IMG/VR virus record: IMGVR_UViG_3300032237_000707
Coordinates: 1-32,376 of that record
Reading direction: 5' to 3' (one strand)
Origin: a virus
Taxonomy: Duplodnaviria; Caudoviricetes
DNA: 32,376 bases
Made by a program: the position numbers and the translations under genes. Below are positions 18,340-25,937 of the stretch, one piece after another. How positions within the stretch are numbered: the stretch's first letter is position 1; every line of letters starts with the position of its first letter. The notes beneath the pieces are model-generated. The model had not been told where the DNA came from. It ran no database searches and saw only the letters and a list, made by a program, of their open reading frames with translations.

Positions 18340-18830
18340 GCGGGCTCGTCAATGGCGCTGCCGTCGACCAGCTCTCGGCGTTCATCGGCGCGCTCGAGCG
18401 ACGGACGCAGGCTGCCTACCTGCCCGACTCGGCGAGCTCACAGATGCCGGTCTATGTGGAGCTCGACGCCATCGCGCCGGGATCGTTTGCGTCCGAATAC
18501 TGGCCTAGAACTGGGCTTTCGGACAACGGCAACGGCACGACGGTTCAGCTCGGCGTGAGCTGGGGCTTCTTCGATTCGGCCGCCGGCGCGTCGAGCCGAT
18601 ATGGGTTCATCGGCGTTACACGCGATCAATACGGGACGGCGGTCGGCAGCTGTGCGGTCAAGCTGTACCGCACATCCGACGACGCGTTGATGGATTCGAC
18701 GACCAGCGATCCAAGCGGCAACTTTCTACTCTCAACCGCCTACTATCCCGACACGCACTACATCGTCGCGCATAAGACCGGATCGCCCGACATTGACGGC
18801 GTAACCCCGAACACTCTGATCGGAGCCTGA
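18336..18830 (+). CDS. Protein with C-terminal prealbumin-like (carboxypeptidase-regulatory-like) beta-sandwich (164 aa)
   Basis: GVTRDQYGTAVGSCAVKLYR...STTSDPSGNF pattern. Confidence 0.6.
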   Translation: MSGLVNGAAVDQLSAFIGALERRTQAAYLPDSASSQMPVYVELDAIAPGSFASEYWPRTGLSDNGNGTTVQLGVSWGFFDSAAGASSRYGFIGVTRDQYGTAVGSCAVKLYRTSDDALMDSTTSDPSGNFLLSTAYYPDTHYIVAHKTGSPDIDGVTPNTLIGA

Positions 18831-18831
18831 C

Positions 18832-19233
18832 ATGCTCTCGGTCGTCCTCCGTCCTCGGTCGACGATCGGCGCTGACATCGCCCTATATCAGGGGCAGGTC
18901 GAGGCGAATGACGTCCGCATGTTCGCGGCGTCCTCGGCGTGGGGACCGTATGACGTCCGGCTTCGTCCTCGGCTCCCTGACGCGCCGCTTGCGCCGACCG
19001 CGCCGGCCTTCCCGGCGCAATTCGCCGGGCTCCGGGCCTACTATGGCGGTTCGGTGCGCGATCTGTGTCTCGTCGCGGTGGTCGACGCGCCGAGCGGGAT
19101 GGGCGGCGTGATGCGCGTCAGGAAGGGCGGGACAAGCTACGCGATATATCTCGTCGAGACCAGCGATCCAAACGCATCCCCGATCCGCATCCGCACCTCG
19201 GCGGGGACGAAGGCGATCCGCATCAAGACGTAG
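18832..19233 (+). CDS. Hypothetical tail-accessory protein (133 aa)
   Basis: GGAG RBS; starts 1 nt after upstream stop. Confidence 0.6.
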   Translation: MLSVVLRPRSTIGADIALYQGQVEANDVRMFAASSAWGPYDVRLRPRLPDAPLAPTAPAFPAQFAGLRAYYGGSVRDLCLVAVVDAPSGMGGVMRVRKGGTSYAIYLVETSDPNASPIRIRTSAGTKAIRIKT

Positions 19234-19277
19234 CGCAATGGCGCGTAACCGGCTACGCATGCGGTGAGGGGGCACCC

Positions 19278-19616
19278 ATGGCCGCGATTGTGATCAGTGC
19301 TGAGGACGGAATCCACAATATCGCCGCTCGAGCCGCCACTACCGTCCAAGAGATGAACCTCCCGAAGTGGACTCGACGCGTCTCTGTGGCGGTGAGGTCC
19401 GGTGGCGCTGATCTCGAGGTGGCATGGACGGGCACCGACGGGGCGGCGAGCTTCGCGACGGCGACCCTCTGGATCCTCTGCCCCGGCGGCGCATCCGTCA
19501 ATGATTTGGAAGTACCTCACAAGTACATCGAAGGCGCGACGATCGCGCTATTTGTGCGCTGTCAGGCCACGACTTCGACGACGATCGACTTTGTTTGCAC
19601 CGGAGCGGCGCTATGA
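19278..19616 (+). CDS. Hypothetical beta-rich protein (112 aa)
   Basis: GAGGGGG RBS; ATGA overlap downstream. Confidence 0.6.
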   Translation: MAAIVISAEDGIHNIAARAATTVQEMNLPKWTRRVSVAVRSGGADLEVAWTGTDGAASFATATLWILCPGGASVNDLEVPHKYIEGATIALFVRCQATTSTTIDFVCTGAAL

Positions 19617-20368
19617 GGTTCGCGGCGCCTGGCGCTGGCGGATCCGGCGTATTCGGTGGCGCGCCGGATGGCGGGTGGCGGTTCGTCAGCGTTGCACAAG
19701 CGACGGCAACGCAGAACACACTTCTCACCGGAACATTTACGGATCAAGCGAACAACGAGATCCGCGCGACCGTCGCTCTCGGCGCGAACAACGCCGGCGA
19801 AGTAAGCTCGGCGGGATACCTGATCATCCCGCTGACCGACACGCGCGGCCGCGCAGTCACGACCGCGTCGAACTGCCTCATCGAGTGGGAAGTAATCCCC
19901 GTAACCGCGCCGGCGAACGCCACATTCCCCTATTTTGTGGCGGGCGTGACATCGAAGATATCCACGGCAGCGATGACCGCCCAGCCCTGCTACGCGACGG
20001 CCGGCGTCAACTACCAGCCCGTCGCAAACCCGCGAGGGTACTACCTTCTCCGCGTCGCAGGTGGTGCCCTGGCGCCGCTGACAATCGGCGCCGGGTCGGC
20101 GATCGGGAACACCGGCGGGCGGGTGTATGGGTCGGGCAACTTCGTGCGATCAACGCTGTTTTTGACGGCGATGACCTCGACGATCTGGGATCAAACGAAC
20201 GCTGCACTCACCGGCGCCGCGTTCAATAACGTAGGATCGCTCGATAGTTCTGCGACGGCACTCCGGCTCATCGTCGCGGCTGGCTCCCTCGGCGGCGCGC
20301 TCGCGGCCGACACTACGATCGGATGCAGAGTCAGGTATCGCCTCACCAAACTGACCGAGGAGGCGTGA
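19613..20368 (+). CDS. Beta-rich protein, possible receptor-binding/lectin-like (251 aa)
   Basis: Ala/Thr/Gly-rich; last gene of the tail-accessory cluster; GGAG RBS. Confidence 0.55.
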   Translation: MRFAAPGAGGSGVFGGAPDGGWRFVSVAQATATQNTLLTGTFTDQANNEIRATVALGANNAGEVSSAGYLIIPLTDTRGRAVTTASNCLIEWEVIPVTAPANATFPYFVAGVTSKISTAAMTAQPCYATAGVNYQPVANPRGYYLLRVAGGALAPLTIGAGSAIGNTGGRVYGSGNFVRSTLFLTAMTSTIWDQTNAALTGAAFNNVGSLDSSATALRLIVAAGSLGGALAADTTIGCRVRYRLTKLTEEA

Positions 20369-20532
20369 TGGATCGCGCGGCATGGTCGGAGCTCTATGTC
20401 GAGTTCGGCGGCGCGGCGGTCTCGCTCGCGGTCGCCGATCTCGGCTATGACGAGATCCCCGAAGATCCGGCCGAGTCGGATGCGCTCGCCGAGATCGTGC
20501 GCGATTACCTCTCCGGCGCAATGGGGGTCTAA
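20368..20532 (+). CDS. Small acidic hypothetical protein (54 aa)
   Basis: GAGGAGG RBS; TGATG and TAATG overlaps. Confidence 0.6.
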   Translation: MDRAAWSELYVEFGGAAVSLAVADLGYDEIPEDPAESDALAEIVRDYLSGAMGV

Positions 20533-20708
20533 TGCCGCTCACCGCGAAAGAGATGGCCGCGCTCGCCGAAGATGCCGTAGCGATCTGCCAGGTGCTGCTT
20601 CGACTGGCGCACCCGCGCGCGGTTCAGCCCACGAAAGATGAGCGCAAGCAGATCGCGAGAATGCTCCGAGACTTCGCGCTCAAGCTCGCGATCGACCTGG
20701 TCGACTGA
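20532..20708 (+). CDS. Small helical hypothetical protein (58 aa), not in ORF track
   Basis: MPLTAKEMAALAEDAVAICQVLLRLAHPRAVQPTKDERKQIARMLRDFALKLAIDLVD; TAATG and TGATG overlaps; precedes endolysin. Confidence 0.6.
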   Translation: MPLTAKEMAALAEDAVAICQVLLRLAHPRAVQPTKDERKQIARMLRDFALKLAIDLVD

Positions 20709-21226
20709 TGGTCGATCTCACCCGTCTCCTCTCTCGGTCGTTTCGACTTTGCGAGCTCGCCGGTGCCGATGGTCAGTGGCGCGACGCCCAGCTCGCCGGC
20801 CTGCTCGTCTCGCCGGCTCACGGACCGCGCGACCGCGTGATCGACCGCCTCGAGGTGCTCGCCCGCACGGTGCTACAGCCGATTCGCGACCATGTCGATC
20901 GGCCGGTGCGCGTCAACAGCGGCTTCCGATGCCCGGCCAAGAACGCCGCGACACCGGGATCGTCGGCATCATCGCAGCATATGTATGGGGAGGCCGCCGA
21001 CATCGCGATCCCCGGCTACTCCGACGCCCAGCTCCGCGACCTCGCCGACTGGATCGGCATGTCCGGCGCGTTCCGGTTCGGTCAGGTCATATACGAGGAT
21101 GCAAGGCCGGGAACCGAGGGCGGCGCATGGATCCATGTCAGCCTCGGCGCGCCATATCGAGCGGCGAGTCGGTGCGGCGAACGATGGACTTGGACGCCGG
21201 CGACTGGCTATCGGAGGGCACAATGA
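20708..21226 (+). CDS. Peptidase M15A-family endolysin
   Basis: VNSGFRCxxxN, SQHxxGxAADI and WIHVS zinc-peptidase motifs. Confidence 0.88.
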   Translation: MVDLTRLLSRSFRLCELAGADGQWRDAQLAGLLVSPAHGPRDRVIDRLEVLARTVLQPIRDHVDRPVRVNSGFRCPAKNAATPGSSASSQHMYGEAADIAIPGYSDAQLRDLADWIGMSGAFRFGQVIYEDARPGTEGGAWIHVSLGAPYRAASRCGERWTWTPATGYRRAQ

Positions 21227-21591
21227 CCCAGGACGACCGACTATCGGCAATCCAGGACGCGATCGGTGGACCACAAGGGATCCAGGTCCGTATCGCGGTC
21301 GCCGAGCATGAGCTCGCAGCGATATCCCAGCAGGTTGGCGACCTTCGGGTGCAGCTCCAGGAGCATCGGCAAGTGAGCAACAAGGCACATTCTGACGCGC
21401 TATCCGAGATCCGGGCAATGCGAAGCGAGTCGATCCGCCTGGACTATTCGACCGCGAAGTGGATCGGGATCGTCGTCGCCACGGTCGCGAGTCTGCTTGG
21501 GGTAGGCGGCGTTGCGGCGACTCGAGCCTCGGCGCCGATCGACGTCGAGCCGCCGCGCGCCTCGGCTACTCCCCCGGCGGCCGCGCAATAG
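21223..21591 (+). CDS. Coiled-coil plus single-TM membrane protein, holin-like (122 aa)
   Basis: GGAGG RBS; ATGA overlap with endolysin; TM segment WIGIVVATVASLLGVGGVAA. Confidence 0.55.
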   Translation: MTQDDRLSAIQDAIGGPQGIQVRIAVAEHELAAISQQVGDLRVQLQEHRQVSNKAHSDALSEIRAMRSESIRLDYSTAKWIGIVVATVASLLGVGGVAATRASAPIDVEPPRASATPPAAAQ

Positions 21592-21982
21592 CGAAGTATT
21601 TCCAGGGGATCGGCATGCTTTTTTGACCGATTCCTCGAATATAGCCTCTTTGCGTCAGTTTGACGATCCAAGCTCCGGTGGTGGTCCTGTGGAACCCGAG
21701 CCGCTCGCATATCTCGCCTTGCGTCGTGCCGGGATTCGCAGCGATGAAGGTTAAGATCTGACGGGCATGAAGTGACATGGTCTCGCGGACTGGCTTTGGG
21801 CTGCTCACTTCTTTCGGGATTTGCACCGGTTTCGCGAGGCCCATGGCTTCGACCGCGTGTTTCGCGCATAGGTCGATCCGGCCGACGCCAGGGACGTGGG
21901 TTGGCATTGCTGGCGACGCTCCGCATAGGTTGTGATCGATTCGCCGAACACACGATAGCGCGTACTTCACGTATTGCTCCAT
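21566..21982 (-). CDS. Winged-HTH protein with N-terminal Cys/His segment (138 aa)
   Basis: ILTFIAANPGTTQGEICERLGFHRTTTGAWIVKLTQRGYI is MarR-like wHTH; start codon uncertain. Confidence 0.7.
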   Translation of the reverse strand: MEQYVKYALSCVRRIDHNLCGASPAMPTHVPGVGRIDLCAKHAVEAMGLAKPVQIPKEVSSPKPVRETMSLHARQILTFIAANPGTTQGEICERLGFHRTTTGAWIVKLTQRGYIRGIGQKSMPIPWKYFAIARPPGE

Positions 21983-22164
21983 TGATCGCCGAGAAGTCGG
22001 AATGCAAGCTGTCTCCGCTCGAGTTCGGCAAGGCACGCGAACACGCGGATCAGCGGCATCCGTGCGATCGCCGAGATGATCCCCGGCGTCGGCGCGTCAA
22101 TCATGCGGAGCGCGTCACGGACGCGGTCGATCTCCATCTCGCGGCCGAGGTCAGATGTCGACAT
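21967..22164 (-). CDS. Small winged-HTH-like protein (65 aa)
   Basis: VRDALRMIDAPTPGIISAIARMPLIRVFACLAELERRQLA pattern; overlaps both neighbours. Confidence 0.5.
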   Translation of the reverse strand: MSTSDLGREMEIDRVRDALRMIDAPTPGIISAIARMPLIRVFACLAELERRQLAFRLLGDQWSNT

Positions 22165-22834
22165 CGATGTAGCCCATGCGCGCGCCAACCTCACGGAGCA
22201 ACCTCACGTCTCCCTCGCAGTAGCCACGGATACGCTCCACCTCGCCGCGCAGAAAAGCAGGGTACACCTCGGCGCCGGTAAGACCGCCCTCCTTCGCCAG
22301 GCCGAGATAGGCCCCGAGCTCGGCAAGGGGCGGCGCCTTATCGCCCCATCCGACCGACAGATCGAGCCAGTGACGCGCATACTTGTCGAGAGGACCGCCA
22401 GGCAACCGCCACCGGAGCTCCGATGTGAAGCCCTGACGGAAGGCGGCGGCTCTCAAAAAATGAAGGTCAAACAACCGATACGACGCGCACTGATGGCTGC
22501 GAGCCTCACGGATCGATTCAAAAACGGCCTCCAGGATCCGACTCTCGACGCGGTCATAGACCGTCGGATCGCTGTCGCGCATCTCGAGATCGAGATCGGT
22601 CCAACCCTCGCTCATGATGGGGCCGTCGTCGATGCACCAAGCCGCGCACAAGATCCGGCCATGAATCGGCACCAGCGACAGGCCCCGATACGTCTCGTCG
22701 CGGTCGGCGGCGATCTTCGCCGGATCAGTCAGGCGCTTGTCGCGGCGGTGAGTGAGCGCAGCGTCGAGGCCGGGCGAGGTTCGGGGTGGCGGGACCGTCT
22801 CGAGGTCGATGTAAAGCATGGTATGTCCGGTCAT
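22151..22834 (-). CDS. Stand-alone 3'-5' exonuclease, DEDDy / PolB-exo-like (227 aa)
   Basis: ExoI YIDLET, ExoII FDLHFL, ExoIII YCEGD; ATGA overlap. Confidence 0.82.
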   Translation of the reverse strand: MTGHTMLYIDLETVPPPRTSPGLDAALTHRRDKRLTDPAKIAADRDETYRGLSLVPIHGRILCAAWCIDDGPIMSEGWTDLDLEMRDSDPTVYDRVESRILEAVFESIREARSHQCASYRLFDLHFLRAAAFRQGFTSELRWRLPGGPLDKYARHWLDLSVGWGDKAPPLAELGAYLGLAKEGGLTGAEVYPAFLRGEVERIRGYCEGDVRLLREVGARMGYIDVDI

Positions 22835-23088
22835 GATGAGAGGGAGTCGTAAATCTCGGCTAGTGTTTGCCTGGGCATCGGCGCGATCGAGAACACGCAT
22901 GAAGGATAAGGAGTTCGGTAAATCTTCCCTCGCTTTGCGAGCTCACACAGGTGGGCGTAAGTCGTTGCGCGGATCATGCCGGATGCTCGCGACATCTCGG
23001 CGACAGTCATCGACCCCTCACGCGCCAGGATCTCGAGGATCAATCGGCGCCGTTCTTTCGGCTTGTACTCATACCGCCCGAAGCTCAT
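22831..23088 (-). CDS. Winged-HTH protein (85 aa)
   Basis: RRLILEILAREGSMTVAEMSRASGMIRATTYAHLCELAKRGKI; ATGA overlap with annealase gene. Confidence 0.78.
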   Translation of the reverse strand: MSFGRYEYKPKERRRLILEILAREGSMTVAEMSRASGMIRATTYAHLCELAKRGKIYRTPYPSCVFSIAPMPRQTLAEIYDSLSS

Positions 23089-23903
23089 CCGTTCGACCCC
23101 ATCTCGGGAAGGGTCCCGCGCCAAGCGTAGTACGCATCGAGTGTCGCGCCTCGACCGAGCCAACCGACGAGCGCGGCGCGCTGGTCTCGGCTCATCTGTG
23201 AGGGGCGTGGCTTGCCAAGGTGGACGAGATACGCCGCGACCTCGTCGTAATCGAGACCACGATCGCGGAGATGCGCGCAGAACCCAGGCCGATCGCCTTC
23301 CCAGCTCTGGTCATGCTCCGATGGCGCCGCGACGACCTCGACGACGACGGGCTCGGGATCGGCAGCGCGCGCGACCTCGGCGCGGACGCGTGACTTCGGT
23401 TCGGGCTTCGATTCGCCGAGCTCGTCGGGGTCGTACAACCCCATGAGCAGATCGGGGTAAACGTCCCGAGCGAGAGCGGCTTTCGCGCGCGCCCGGAGCA
23501 TCGCCGCCGGATGCTGACGCCAAGTGTCCTTCCCGACGAGCCCGGCGGCCTTTGCATCGGCCATTGAGTAGGTCAGCCGCTGTGGTTGTGGCGCACCGAC
23601 TCGATGGGTCTCGACGATCGCGTGATCCGGCGTCGACTCGATCGTCGAGAAGTACGCGCAAACATCCTTGCGACCGAGACATACGGCGACCATGCCGTCG
23701 GCGCTCATCGTCGGGCGGCCGCTGACAACATGGAAGGCCCGGAGAGCCTGTGTATAGCTCAGGCCGAGATCGCGCCCGGCCATGGTCAGCATGAGCGCCT
23801 GGGTCGGGTTCTTTGCCCCGAAGAAGCCGGAATCAGCGGCGTCCTTGGCGAATGCTCGCAGTTCGGACATGTCGCGCGGGACAATGACGGGGAGATCGGA
23901 CAT
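23085..23903 (-). CDS. RecT/Red-beta-like single-strand annealing protein (272 aa)
   Basis: GRDLGLSYTQAL..FHVVSGRP and W..HP.AMLRARA....ARDVYPDLLMGLY..DE motifs; GGAGG RBS. Confidence 0.8.
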   Translation of the reverse strand: MSDLPVIVPRDMSELRAFAKDAADSGFFGAKNPTQALMLTMAGRDLGLSYTQALRAFHVVSGRPTMSADGMVAVCLGRKDVCAYFSTIESTPDHAIVETHRVGAPQPQRLTYSMADAKAAGLVGKDTWRQHPAAMLRARAKAALARDVYPDLLMGLYDPDELGESKPEPKSRVRAEVARAADPEPVVVEVVAAPSEHDQSWEGDRPGFCAHLRDRGLDYDEVAAYLVHLGKPRPSQMSRDQRAALVGWLGRGATLDAYYAWRGTLPEMGSNG

Positions 23904-23904
23904 A

Positions 23905-24003
23905 TCAATAGCCTCCGGTGAGGTGGATAAACAGGTGACATATGAGGGCGGTCGTTGGGGTGGCGATGAGAACGAAGCCGAGTAGATCGTCAAAGCGTCG
24001 CAT
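23905..24003 (-). CDS. Small hydrophobic protein (32 aa), not in ORF track
   Basis: MRRFDDLLGFVLIATPTTALICHLFIHLTGGY; GGAG 6 nt upstream; stop 1 nt before annealase ATG. Confidence 0.5.
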   Translation of the reverse strand: MRRFDDLLGFVLIATPTTALICHLFIHLTGGY

Positions 24004-24010
24004 GATGGCT

Positions 24011-24058
24011 CCAAACGCGCGCCCCTGAGAATACCCGGCAGGGGCGCGCGCGGTTTGG
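24011..24058 (-). terminator. GC-rich hairpin between first and second leftward genes
   Basis: CGCGCGCCCCTG 24016-24027 / CAGGGGCGCGCG 24039-24050, perfect 12-bp stem; TTTGG follows on the - strand. Confidence 0.55.
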
Positions 24059-24063
24059 GGTGA

Positions 24064-24375
24064 TCAGATCTGGCCGGCGGCGCAGTCGAAAGCGGCCTCG
24101 ACCTCGCCGTGGATCTCGCTGTTCACAGCGCAGATCCCGAGATCGCCGAGAATGCGGGCAAGCGTCGCCTCGTCCGCCCAGCGCACGTCCGCGCACCACC
24201 GCGACCAATCGGTGCCCTCGACCACGTCCATCTCGTAGTCGTACAGGTCGACCGCATCGGTGTGGCGGTCGTGCTCGGTGGTGACGAGGACATACTCGAC
24301 GCCGTCGATTTCTGCGACGCCGAGCTCGATCAAATTGAAGGCGAGGGCGGCGGTGGTGGTGGTGGTGGTGGTCAT
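24064..24375 (-). CDS. Highly acidic early protein with N-terminal poly-Thr (103 aa)
   Basis: GGAGAG RBS; about 21 D/E versus 4 R and no K; first gene of leftward unit. Confidence 0.72.
   Translation of the reverse strand: MTTTTTTTAALAFNLIELGVAEIDGVEYVLVTTEHDRHTDAVDLYDYEMDVVEGTDWSRWCADVRWADEATLARILGDLGICAVNSEIHGEVEAAFDCAAGQI
24352..24372. repeat. (GGT)7 trinucleotide repeat
   Basis: Seven perfect copies encoding Thr7 on the - strand. Confidence 0.9.
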
Positions 24376-24421
24376 GGTGTCTCTCCGGCGGGGCGGGGTG
24401 TTCGTCGCTCCCGACACCCTC

Positions 24422-24558
24422 CACATACTCCCCCCTGGCGATGAGTGCAAGTGTATGCACGAACATTCGTGCGAATAGCTGCACACGCGGCATTGATCCT
24501 ATACGATTCGGGTATATGCGTGCGATAGGTTGCACAGACTGTGCAGCGGGGATACAGT
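24422..24558. promoter_or_regulatory. Divergent promoters with palindromic operator candidates
   Basis: Rightward TTGCAC(24530-35)-N17-TACAGT(24553-58); leftward TTGCAC(24450-45)-N17-TATGTG; palindromes TGCACAG-a-CTGTGCA 24531-24545 and GCACGAA-ca-TTCGTGC 24457-24472. Confidence 0.65.
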
Positions 24559-24575
24559 CGAGACATGGAGGGCGC

Positions 24576-24821
24576 ATGTTTGCGGACCGGTTGCGGGATG
24601 CGATGACGGAGCGTGGGTGGACGACCGCCCAGCTCGCGGAGAGGATGTCAGCACACGCGAGCCGTCGCACCGTCTACGGATGGCTCGCCGGTGAGGCCCG
24701 TCCTGGCCTCGGTGCGCTCGTCGCGCTGCTCGACGTGCTAGGAGTCGACCGAGCTAGCGCGGCCGCCGTGGCGTGGCAGGATGACGCAGCACGGGGCATC
24801 GTGCGTGAGTCAGAGCGATGA
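24576..24821 (+). CDS. XRE/Cro-like HTH regulator (81 aa)
   Basis: FADRLRDAMTERGWTTAQLAERM...RRTVYGWLAGEARP; GGAGG RBS. Confidence 0.85.
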   Translation: MFADRLRDAMTERGWTTAQLAERMSAHASRRTVYGWLAGEARPGLGALVALLDVLGVDRASAAAVAWQDDAARGIVRESER

Positions 24822-25057
24822 GACACTCACCGTGGCCGTGGCGTGTCACTGGCGCTGTCAGTCCCATCATCCTAGACGCGGCAGGCGCCGAGGTCGCGAT
24901 CCTGTCTGGCGACCGACGCAACGCGGCGCTCATCGCGCATGCACCCGATCTGCTCCGACTCGTCCAGCAATTGCACGGCGCCGAGTCGTGGGGCGATGCC
25001 GAGCGGCTCCGAGACGTCGCCGAGGACCTCATCCGTGACTGTGGGGAGGTACCATGA
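24818..25057 (+). CDS. Conserved small phage protein (79 aa)
   Basis: HSPWPW...NAALIAHAPDLL resembles the common HTPGPW...NARLIAAAPEL phage motif. Confidence 0.7.
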   Translation: MRHSPWPWRVTGAVSPIILDAAGAEVAILSGDRRNAALIAHAPDLLRLVQQLHGAESWGDAERLRDVAEDLIRDCGEVP

Positions 25058-25191
25058 CCCGCCGGGACGTCATCCGACTGTGCTACGCCGCGATTGAGCG
25101 GTACTACGGGGACGGCGATCGGGCCGTCCTCGCGGCGATGCTGGTATGGGCTCATGAGCAACCGAGCTGGATCCTGATGGGGGAGGCATGA
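25054..25191 (+). CDS. Small hypothetical protein (45 aa), not in ORF track
   Basis: GGAGG RBS; ATGA overlaps at both ends. Confidence 0.6.
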   Translation: MTRRDVIRLCYAAIERYYGDGDRAVLAAMLVWAHEQPSWILMGEA

Positions 25192-25448
25192 GGATCGACA
25201 AGCCCGTCCCCGTCGAGGTGCTTCGGCGCGACTATCGTGACCTCGCCGATCAGTGGATCGCCGCAGGCGACGGCACCCGCGCCGACTTCGACGCGCTCGT
25301 TCGCGAGCTTGCCGACGCGCGACATGGCCGACTCGCGAGTCATCGGCCGGTCGACCTGGTGTTCGCAGCGCGGTTTATCTCGCTATCGCGAACAAATCAA
25401 CAGTATCAACGCTGGTTTACGGCATGGAGGTCGCGTGTTTCACCCTGA
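25188..25448 (+). CDS. Hypothetical protein (86 aa)
   Basis: GGAGG RBS; ATGA overlap. Confidence 0.6.
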   Translation: MRIDKPVPVEVLRRDYRDLADQWIAAGDGTRADFDALVRELADARHGRLASHRPVDLVFAARFISLSRTNQQYQRWFTAWRSRVSP

Positions 25449-25704
25449 CATATCTCAGGTCGTGCGTCGGCTCGTCGAGCTGGGTGTTCGCGGCGTCATC
25501 CGTGGCGACTCCATACACATCGACGGCGAGGAACGGGCGGCGGTGATCAGGCCACTCGGTCCCGAGCGCCACTGGTACGCAGGCGACGAGCGGATCGAGA
25601 TCTGGGGCCGGCTTGGATGGCAAGACGAGGCCGCCGAGGATGCGCAGGCGTGGGTCGAGCGCGGCGAGCGGGTGTACCGCGACGTCGCAAGGAGGCGCCG
25701 ATGA
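25435..25704 (+). CDS. Hypothetical protein (89 aa)
   Basis: GGAGG then GTG 25435; ATGA overlap downstream. Confidence 0.55.
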   Translation: MFHPDISQVVRRLVELGVRGVIRGDSIHIDGEERAAVIRPLGPERHWYAGDERIEIWGRLGWQDEAAEDAQAWVERGERVYRDVARRRR

Positions 25705-25937
25705 GGCCGGAGCTCGCGGCGCCACGAAAGTATGGTGCGTCCATAGAGGTCGAAACCGCGATCGTCGGTGGCAAGAAGATGAAGTACATCCCTGGCGACA
25801 CAACGCCGCCGCCTCGGATTCGGCGTTGTCGCCGCTGCAATGAGAGCTATGCCAGCGACACGGGTAAGACGTGCGGGTGCTGGGAAATTGAATACCGCGA
25901 GCACCTTGAACGCGAGAAGTCAAAGGAGAAGCCATGA
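25701..25937 (+). CDS. Small Cys-rich, possibly zinc-binding protein (78 aa)
   Basis: AGGAGG RBS; CRRC...CGC. Confidence 0.6.
   Translation: MRPELAAPRKYGASIEVETAIVGGKKMKYIPGDTTPPPRIRRCRRCNESYASDTGKTCGCWEIEYREHLEREKSKEKP

Noticed and set aside
19230-19262. Possible hairpin CGTAGC...GCTACG in tail-accessory intergenic gap
   Set aside because: Only 6 bp with a large loop; expected by chance at this GC content
12016-20368. Diversity-generating retroelement or invertible tail-fibre system
   Set aside because: No reverse transcriptase or invertase, and no template/variable repeat pair seen
20638-21222. N-terminal part of the 317-aa ORF 20638-21591 as an embedded lysis gene
   Set aside because: Arg/Pro-rich off-frame read of the endolysin; a good RBS and ATGA overlap place the real start at 21223
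22076-22852. 258-aa + strand ORF
   Set aside because: Antisense to the exonuclease, which has clear catalytic motifs and coupled neighbours
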